Below, one piece after another: positions 58,088 to 64,000 of a DNA stretch of 64,000 bases; within the stretch, counting starts at the first letter, position 1, and every line of letters begins with the position of its first letter. The notes under the pieces were generated by a model. It did no database searches and was not told the origin of the DNA. It worked only from the letters and a program-made list of their open reading frames with translations. The DNA lies in assembly GCA_007376445.1 (NCBI GenBank), contig VMGF01000002.1:103928-167927 (forward strand), written 5' to 3'. The stretch is from Parcubacteria group bacterium Gr01-1014_3 (GTDB lineage: Bacteria; Patescibacteriota; Minisyncoccia; UBA6257; WO2-44-18). A program made the translations under genes and the position numbers.

Positions 58088-58885
58088 TTATTCAACTCCT
58101 AATGCAGATTTGGCGCGAGCATAATTAGCTTTTCGATCATCTAATCCAGTAAGACCCCCATTAATTGCCTTCGTAAGTCTAACGAAATCTCCACTATCGG
58201 CGATAATATTACAGTTTCGGTTGTTCCAATACCAACCAGCCGAACGAAATGCATCTAATGGCTGCTCAAGCAATTCCGGAAATGCGATCAGATCGATACC
58301 CAGCCCAATACCGCACGCTTTATAATTACTACGGCCAGTTGTCTGGATAACGCCCCGACCTCTATATCGCCATCCGTCACCACTTGCTTCGTCCCCATTT
58401 CCCAAGCGATTACTATAAACGTGGTTTGCGATTTTCTCTGCCTGCTTAGCATAAACGCTGGCACTTTCTGACGTAAAACGACTTGGCCAGGTATTTACTA
58501 GGGCTTGAGCCGAATAATTCAGATTTTCTAAAAATGCGGAATACCCAGCCGATTCGTGAGAAGTTTGAGCAATGAAGGCAGCAATACGAATAGGAGTATT
58601 TATTTCGAACTCGGTTAATACTTTCAATAAATGTGGCAGATACTCGTTACATTTAGACTCCGCTAGGGTAGGAAGAATTTTTCCTAATTGTTCTGCGGTA
58701 ATAAGAACATCGACGCTTTCAAGAATACTCGGCGGTTCAGAACCTGGAATTTGAGGCGTAGATTTAATTGCCGTTTCGCTTATCGAATCATCCGGAGTTG
58801 ATATTGGGGTATTAATGGAAACCGAAGATTTCGGTTTAAGGTACTCCTTCAGAAAATTAATTATGTTTTGTATTATGTATTTCAT
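58088..58885 (-). CDS. GH19 chitinase/lysozyme-like protein
   Basis: FIAQ..HES, ENLNYS, YRGRG.IQ.TGR.NY, INGG. Confidence 0.9.
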   Translation of the reverse strand: MKYIIQNIINFLKEYLKPKSSVSINTPISTPDDSISETAIKSTPQIPGSEPPSILESVDVLITAEQLGKILPTLAESKCNEYLPHLLKVLTEFEINTPIRIAAFIAQTSHESAGYSAFLENLNYSAQALVNTWPSRFTSESASVYAKQAEKIANHVYSNRLGNGDEASGDGWRYRGRGVIQTTGRSNYKACGIGLGIDLIAFPELLEQPLDAFRSAGWYWNNRNCNIIADSGDFVRLTKAINGGLTGLDDRKANYARAKSALGVE

Positions 58886-59139
58886 TTGATTTTTTTATTA
58901 TTTTTAGATTTTTGGTACAAAAAACCCGGATAACTTTTCGCCGGGTTTGAAAAACATGTTTCAGTTTTTCTTTAATCAGAGATGATTCTAGCTTTTCGGT
59001 AATCCCCGATGATGACGAATTGTTATTTATTTTTTGTCAGCTACTGACGCTATATATAACGAGCCAGGGGAGACTTTATTTCATTATCTTCTCCAATTCC
59101 TCTAAAATGCGGACCATGGCGAAGGTGGGGAGTTTGGGA

Positions 59140-59400
59140 CTAGTGTTTATAAACACTTTGTCGATGGCCGATACTCAAAACGAGAATTATTAATCGGTTT
59201 TTTTCGATCCGGTAAATTATCCTGTATGGCCAAATATGAATGCTAAACTTACCGGCGAGTTCGCCAGTAAGTGGCTGCCCCAGAAATGGATCTTGTTCCA
59301 AGTCCTTAAGCGCTTTTAATACGCCGTCCTTTTTAGCCCTAGGAAGCTTTTGCAGTCTTTTTCTGGCTGATTTTGCGATTATTACGTGATACCTGGACAT
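59140..59400 (-). CDS. RelE/ParE-family toxin
   Basis: A.K.L.KL, L.G.L, YRIIY, IGHR..VY. Confidence 0.88.
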   Translation of the reverse strand: MSRYHVIIAKSARKRLQKLPRAKKDGVLKALKDLEQDPFLGQPLTGELAGKFSIHIWPYRIIYRIEKNRLIILVLSIGHRQSVYKH

Positions 59401-59671
59401 ATCCTTCTTCTTTTAATATTTCATCAAGAGTTGAGTATTGGCCCTTCGCGTATTCGGACTCCCCCTTCTTAATGTCTTTCATTATCAACGGATTATTTAA
59501 TATATCAACAGTCTCGATTAAAGACTGATATTCATCCACAGACAAAACCACCGCTTTGGGACGGCCCTTGTCAGTTAACGTATAGTGCCTGTTGGGCCTT
59601 TGTACGTCTTCCGCAATATCAAAAATTTTCCTGCGCGCCTCTGAAATAGGCAATGTAGTGCTTTTACTCAT
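59339..59671 (-). CDS. Phd/YefM-family antitoxin
   Basis: ISEAR, LT..GRPKAVVLS..EY..L.ET; overlaps the toxin start. Confidence 0.88.
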   Translation of the reverse strand: MSKSTTLPISEARRKIFDIAEDVQRPNRHYTLTDKGRPKAVVLSVDEYQSLIETVDILNNPLIMKDIKKGESEYAKGQYSTLDEILKEEGYVQVSRNNRKISQKKTAKAS

Positions 59672-59672
59672 A

Positions 59673-59708
59673 TGTACATAATAACGTACACCTAGCCGAT
59701 AGGTCAAG
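59673..59708 (-). promoter_or_regulatory. TA promoter with TGTACA/CGTACA operator hexamers
   Basis: Minus-strand TTGACC...TATTAT; hexamers at 59673 and 59685 are 12 bp apart, as in yefM-yoeB operators; leaderless ATG. Confidence 0.55.
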
Positions 59709-59933
59709 TTAGTTATCCACCGCAAGTTTCTCCAATTCCTCCAAAATGCGGACCGTGGCGAAGGTGGGGAGTTTCGGTGAGACTTTTGAGTCAAATTAGC
59801 CCTGGGGATAACTATTGACTTTATGTGCCTGTCTTTGATACAATCTAGACAAGATCACCACGAAAAAGGCCCCATAAGGACGAGACCTTATAGGGGCCTT
59901 TTTCTTTTTTAGGGCCGTAAGCATGTATTCAAG

Positions 59934-60164
59934 TTATCTTGAAACAATCTTTCTAATTCCAAATTGGTTAAATTTCTCAATGATTCCTTTTACTAATTCT
60001 CTTTTTAGTCTTGAGTGTCTAGGAATTGTGGTAACGAATCGGCCGTGAACATCCTCTACTTTGTAATGCTTCCTACCAGACTTAACGACAAAACCGCATT
60101 TTTTTGCGGTTTTGATTAGTTCGTCTGAAGAACAATCGGAAGCATTAAGACTTAATTCCTTCAT
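59934..60164 (-). CDS. hicA: HicA-family toxin
   Basis: GF....G.H, TIPRH..L. Confidence 0.78.
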   Translation of the reverse strand: MKELSLNASDCSSDELIKTAKKCGFVVKSGRKHYKVEDVHGRFVTTIPRHSRLKRELVKGIIEKFNQFGIRKIVSR

Positions 60165-60492
60165 AAGACGAAATCTTCATTTCTAATTCTCGGCTTCTCC
60201 TCGGGGCTGGGAAAGCGTCTAATTCGTATGCAACACTGACCGGCGGTAAATATGTTGGCATGTACTGAAAAAATTTTTGAGGAACTTCAAGATATGTTTT
60301 TACACAATCATTAACCATCTCTACTAGTTCGGACAGCGTATCCCCCTGAGTAACGCACCCTGGAAAAGAAAGTATTTCAGCAAAAAACCCTCCGTCTTCA
60401 GAGCGGCCAACTTTTACGTTTATTCTCGTAGAAAATTCACTCCTTAATTCCTTAATTCTTTTTATGTCTTTTTTGGTAATCTTTCTCTCCAT
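60145..60492 (-). CDS. hicB: HicB-family antitoxin
   Basis: EDGGF.A....PGC.TQGDT..E. Confidence 0.85.
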   Translation of the reverse strand: MERKITKKDIKRIKELRSEFSTRINVKVGRSEDGGFFAEILSFPGCVTQGDTLSELVEMVNDCVKTYLEVPQKFFQYMPTYLPPVSVAYELDAFPAPRRSRELEMKISSYEGIKS

Positions 60493-60518
60493 GTTTATAT
60501 ATTATAGGACGTAGGCCT

Positions 60519-62591
60519 TTAAATCAACTTCTCCAATTCCTCTAAAATGCGGACCATGGCGAAGGTGTCGAGTTTGCAGTATTCGAGCATGTCTTTGCGG
60601 AGTTGGGCTTTATCGATTGTAAGATCGCCACGGGGCGTTGCCCCTCGCGATGACGGGTCTCCGGGCGCAATGACGGAGGAATCGGGGTCGTCCTGCGGGG
60701 CAGGACGGCCGATCAACTTGAGCCAACTGGAGGAGGCGGTGCCGCCTTCTTGGATGGCCAGCTTTTTGTAGGAAAGTTCCGGGGCGAGGACGGGCTGAAC
60801 TTTTTTGATCGAGGTACTGCCCTTAAAATCTTTGTGGACGTAGTGCTGTTTGGTGAAGATGTCCATGAGGTCGTAGGTTCTGGAATTTATTGACTCAATA
60901 AATTCCTTGGCTTCGGGGACGCGCGCGGCGATCTCGGTGTTTCTCGAGCACTCGAAGCGCTTGCTCCAGACGATCAGACTCCCCTTCGGCCCGATCTGCG
61001 ACTGCAGGGATTCCACAAATGGTCGGCTGGGGTCGGTAGCCTGGTCGTGTAAAAATTCAAAGTGCTTCAACTTCGCGCCGAGCTCATCTAAAACATAAAG
61101 CGAGTATTGAAACGGGATCTGCTGATATGGCGAAAACCCGTCGAACATCGGAATGGCGGCCGGGAAAGTTTCATAGTCCACGAAATAAAGAGGATATTTT
61201 AACTGCTCCAACTCTTCTTGTATTTTTATTTTATCTACCAAAATCTGATTCAGCACGAAAGCCCGGATCTGATTTTTCTGCGTGTCGTTGAGTTCCATCT
61301 CCTCCGGAACTTCGTGAATATGAAATTTATTGCCGTCGATCAGCGATTCCAGTTTTTTCTTACTTAAGCCGATGCGGTTAATATCGTGGACGCTGTATTT
61401 CGGCACCTGGGGATTGGAGTGATGAAAAGTCGCGCAGTGGTTAGACCGACCCTTGTATATGCAGGTACAAGACCCGGGCGGTTCTTTATCGCTTGAAAGA
61501 TACTTCAAGGCCTGCTCCATCTCTAAAGCCACTGGTAGGGCGAGTTCATTGATCTCGCGGGTGATATTGTCGCTTTTGAATAGATTAACGAGGTCGAGCG
61601 CGCCCTGGCGGACATATTCCGAGTTGAGGTGCATTAGATTTATCTCATTAATCTTGAGGCCGCACTTTCTTAATAAATTGACCTGGAAAGCGAGATCATA
61701 ATAATGGCGCTTCTTGTCGGTGTCGTTGGAGGCTTTGATTTCGGTGATATTCCAGGCGTCCGCCGATTTGTCGTAGGTCAGCACATCCACCGCGGCGAGA
61801 AAGTTGTCTTTTAGAAATACCGGCTGGAAAATGACTTCTTGTTTTTTAGCGATCAGCTCGGCGGTAAGTTTTTGCGCGGCCTCATCCCGGCCTTCAATCA
61901 GCACACCGCTGGGCCAAATTTTGCGCGCCTCTAACTCCACCTCATTACCGGTTTCGATGATGTGCTTTTCAAAATCGGAAAGCTCCGATTTGTAATAAAT
62001 ATCGGGCTGATGAATTTTGTGCCAGACATTCTTCGGGCACTCCCGGAAAAGGATGTAGTCAGTTTTGGATATAAACATATGGATATTTTTATATTTTCTC
62101 TGTAATCTATCTATCAATTCTCTACAAAATAAGACCGTATTATCAATATTATCATTATAAGCATCTTCGACGGGTGTTTTCTCAAGAGGATACTTGCCAG
62201 ATTCTATAGCCCTTCGAATTTTTTTTAAATAATTTTCAATATCATCATCAATATCTGCAAAACAACGTTTGTAAAAATTTATTAAATTGTGCCTTGTAAA
62301 TGCCTGGACGAATCCAGCGCCTGTTGAATCGAGTGCAATCATTCCCTCTTGTAAGGCAATTGCCTTGAGATAGCATTCTATAGCAAACCCGTAGTTCATA
62401 ATGATACGACTGCTATACCTTATGTTATTTTTATATTTTTCATATAATAAATCGGCGATTTCCTCATTGATCTTGGCGTGGGAGATCCAAAGGAAGGGGT
62501 CTTGAGCTGATTCTTTCCATGCCTCGGCATCGTAAATATCACGAGAAAAATCCTCCGGAGGTTTATCCCAAATTAAATCATCTTCATGCAT
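60519..62591 (-). CDS. DUF2779-type nuclease (PD-(D/E)xK plus RNase H-like) with in-frame N-terminal HEPN-like domain
   Basis: From Met 62078: SK.D...CPK, DVL..EIKAS, DYET, PFQYS, SIKKV, YC.LDT.AM; first 171 aa carry FAIECYLKA...HNL. Confidence 0.75.
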   Translation of the reverse strand: MHEDDLIWDKPPEDFSRDIYDAEAWKESAQDPFLWISHAKINEEIADLLYEKYKNNIRYSSRIIMNYGFAIECYLKAIALQEGMIALDSTGAGFVQAFTRHNLINFYKRCFADIDDDIENYLKKIRRAIESGKYPLEKTPVEDAYNDNIDNTVLFCRELIDRLQRKYKNIHMFISKTDYILFRECPKNVWHKIHQPDIYYKSELSDFEKHIIETGNEVELEARKIWPSGVLIEGRDEAAQKLTAELIAKKQEVIFQPVFLKDNFLAAVDVLTYDKSADAWNITEIKASNDTDKKRHYYDLAFQVNLLRKCGLKINEINLMHLNSEYVRQGALDLVNLFKSDNITREINELALPVALEMEQALKYLSSDKEPPGSCTCIYKGRSNHCATFHHSNPQVPKYSVHDINRIGLSKKKLESLIDGNKFHIHEVPEEMELNDTQKNQIRAFVLNQILVDKIKIQEELEQLKYPLYFVDYETFPAAIPMFDGFSPYQQIPFQYSLYVLDELGAKLKHFEFLHDQATDPSRPFVESLQSQIGPKGSLIVWSKRFECSRNTEIAARVPEAKEFIESINSRTYDLMDIFTKQHYVHKDFKGSTSIKKVQPVLAPELSYKKLAIQEGGTASSSWLKLIGRPAPQDDPDSSVIAPGDPSSRGATPRGDLTIDKAQLRKDMLEYCKLDTFAMVRILEELEKLI

Positions 62592-62757
62592 GTTGGTAGG
62601 CCAATAATACCATAAATTAAGTTATCCAGAGGGTATCGACCGACAGCGCTTTAATTGTTATATTGAACTTATAAATGGCCTCGGCCCTCTCCCGCGAAAG
62701 CGGGAGTTACTACATTAAAAGATTTGCATTTTAAAAAATTTGTGATAAGATAACGCC

Positions 62758-62830
62758 GGGGTCGTAACTCAACTGGCAGAGTAGCGGTTTTTTAAGCCGA
62801 AGGTTGTGGGTTCAAGTCCCACCGGCCCCA
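62758..62830 (+). tRNA. tRNA-Lys (TTT)
   Basis: GGGGTCG acceptor, GCGGT-TTTTTAA-GCCGA anticodon arm, GTGGG-TTCAAGT-CCCAC T arm. Confidence 0.88.
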
Positions 62831-62849
62831 TGCCCTTTTACAGGAGGTC

Positions 62850-63118
62850 AGCCACCTCCTTATATATAAGCTCTCGGCGCGATGCTGGCTATTTTGAGTC
62901 AGCGATAGGAGCGACGACGAAGATGCGCAGGTGCGCTTCGAAGAGGAGCGACAAGCTCGATGACTCAAAATAGCCGCATCCCAAAGGGTTGTGACTAAAA
63001 TGAATTATCGCTACGTCGCTCGTCCTTGAAAGAGACCTCTCTATCTGCATCCTCGCTCCTGGCGCTAATTCATTTGTAGTTCACAACGCGCCAGAGATTC
63101 ATATACAAGGAGGTGGCT
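62850..63118 (+). other. Large branched inverted-repeat element / structured leader
   Basis: Terminal stem 62850-62867/63101-63118 and two long internal hairpins. Confidence 0.7.
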
Positions 63119-63119
63119 A

Positions 63120-63380
63120 GTGGCAGATGAGAAGAAAGAGTATTGCGCGAAATTTGAAGACCACAAGCTCAAGAATCTGCTGTGGCGCACTGATGACGCG
63201 ACCTTAGATGTGGTAAAGATCGTTCAGTGGTGTGAAATCTGCGGCCATGTCTCGATCCTCACTACTGTCGATGGACGAGAATTTTCCCGAGATAATCAAT
63301 ATAAACCAAAGATATTCCAGGACTGGTGTAAGGCCAACGGCCTGTTGCCGGAACAAAAGGAAGCTGCTACACCGCCTTAG
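63120..63380 (+). CDS. Small hypothetical protein with CxxC
   Basis: AAGGAGGT SD, GTG start, WCEICG; terminator hairpins follow. Confidence 0.65.
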   Translation: MADEKKEYCAKFEDHKLKNLLWRTDDATLDVVKIVQWCEICGHVSILTTVDGREFSRDNQYKPKIFQDWCKANGLLPEQKEAATPP

Positions 63381-63467
63381 AGGCGGTGTTTTATTTTGTA
63401 ATAGAAAAACCGCTCCTTCGGCAAGCTCAGGACGAGCCTGTGAGGAAGCGGTTTTTCTTGTCAGCGC

Positions 63468-63665
63468 TTAAGCGCGAGACACGTTGGTGGCGCTTGGGCC
63501 CTTTTCTCCTTCGGCGATCTCGAAGGTGACGGTGTCACCCTGCTTGAGTTCGTCAAACGTTACACCCTTTAATTCTTTAGAGTGAAAGAAGAGGTCCTTA
63601 GCTTCACCTTCACGGGAGATGAATCCAAATCCACGATCCGTGAGAGTTTTAATAGTTCCTTTCAT
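63468..63665 (-). CDS. Cold-shock domain protein
   Basis: RGFGFI, DLFFH, KGP.A.NV. Confidence 0.95.
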   Translation of the reverse strand: MKGTIKTLTDRGFGFISREGEAKDLFFHSKELKGVTFDELKQGDTVTFEIAEGEKGPSATNVSRA

Positions 63666-63735
63666 TTGTTTGCTATTTATTATTTGTAATGCGCCTAGAA
63701 AGTCGACTGCATCTCTTGAGCTACACTATGGGTAG

Positions 63736-63764
63736 AGTATAGCATATGGTTAAAAACTTGTCAA
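63736..63764 (-). promoter_or_regulatory. Sigma70 promoter of the csp gene
   Basis: Minus-strand TTGACA-17-TATACT. Confidence 0.75.
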
Positions 63765-63787
63765 TAGGGGCTATTTATGGCGCAGTT

Positions 63788-64000
63788 TTAGTTAAAAATC
63801 GTGATCAAATAATCGTCCAGTTCCCGCTGGGTGAGATCATAAAAGCTCTTGCTTTGATCATGTAAATATTTCGCCAGCGCCACCCCCACGAACCGCCAAT
63901 GCCAGGGCTCAAATTTGTAATATAAATTATTTTTTGGGTATGAAAGCGCGAAGCCAAATTTATAAGCATTATCGGTCAGCCATTTATAAGCCGTTGCCTG
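63788..64000 (-). CDS. VanY/M15B-type D-Ala-D-Ala carboxypeptidase, C-terminal part (runs off the window)
   Basis: Manual translation ..AYKWLTDNAYKFGFALSYP..FEPWHWRFVG.. Confidence 0.8.
   Translation of the reverse strand, partial: QATAYKWLTDNAYKFGFALSYPKNNLYYKFEPWHWRFVGVALAKYLHDQSKSFYDLTQRELDDYLITIFN

Larger units (their letters stand above)
59088..60576 (-). repeat. Three copies of a 47-49 bp repeat equal to the DUF2779 gene 3' end
   Basis: TTCTCCAATTCCTCTAAAATGCGGACCATGGCGAAGGTG..GAGTTT at 59088-59136, 59728-59774 and 60528-60576. Confidence 0.92.

Noticed and set aside
55351-58885. Intact prophage
   Set aside because: Repressor and GH19 are present but no integrase, terminase, capsid or tail genes
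59088-60576. CRISPR array
   Set aside because: Repeats are 47-49 bp with 600-750 bp gene-containing spacers, and there are no cas1/cas2 genes
1-64000. Alternative genetic code (TGA read-through)
   Set aside because: Conserved genes are full length under code 11, and TGA ends the GIY-YIG ORF at the expected position

Overview
Bacterial chromosome segment, genetic code 11. It is inferred, not proven, to be Patescibacteria/CPR (Parcubacteria-like) from its compact genes, apparently leaderless starts, DUF5652/DUF1573-type proteins, tRNAs mostly lacking an encoded CCA, and small palindromic inserts. Left part: housekeeping genes (rmuC, tpiA, murD, gatCA, tRNA-fMet/Met/Asp), an aceBA glyoxylate-shunt pair, VKOR-DsbA and a MacAB-like ABC exporter. 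Middle: a copper/nitrite region (cupredoxin lipoprotein, PAS kinase and receiver, membrane-anchored nirK, CopB-type ATPase, CcdA-like protein), then gmd, a ColD-like enzyme, fcl and a fused GT2/membrane glycosyltransferase. Best candidate for a new system (38.5-43 kb): an OmpR regulator, ThiF adenylyltransferase, GNAT-like acyltransferase, 7TM histidine kinase and cohesin-domain gene. Matching 11-bp-period boxes lie upstream of the synthase pair and the cohesin gene, suggesting an N-acyl-amino-acid/oxazolone signal synthesis-and-sensing circuit. Next come an amine/basic amino-acid catabolic cluster, a PIF1 helicase and wHTH gene among three long perfect palindromes, and a defence-like island (NERD, Mrr, GIY-YIG, LexA-like, R-M, GH19, RelE/Phd, HicAB, HEPN-DUF2779). 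Several cassettes in that island are bounded by 37-49 bp duplications of host gene ends, with no integrase in view. The window ends with tRNA-Lys, a large structured leader, a cold-shock gene and a partial VanY-type peptidase. All family calls come from motif recognition by eye; no searches were run.
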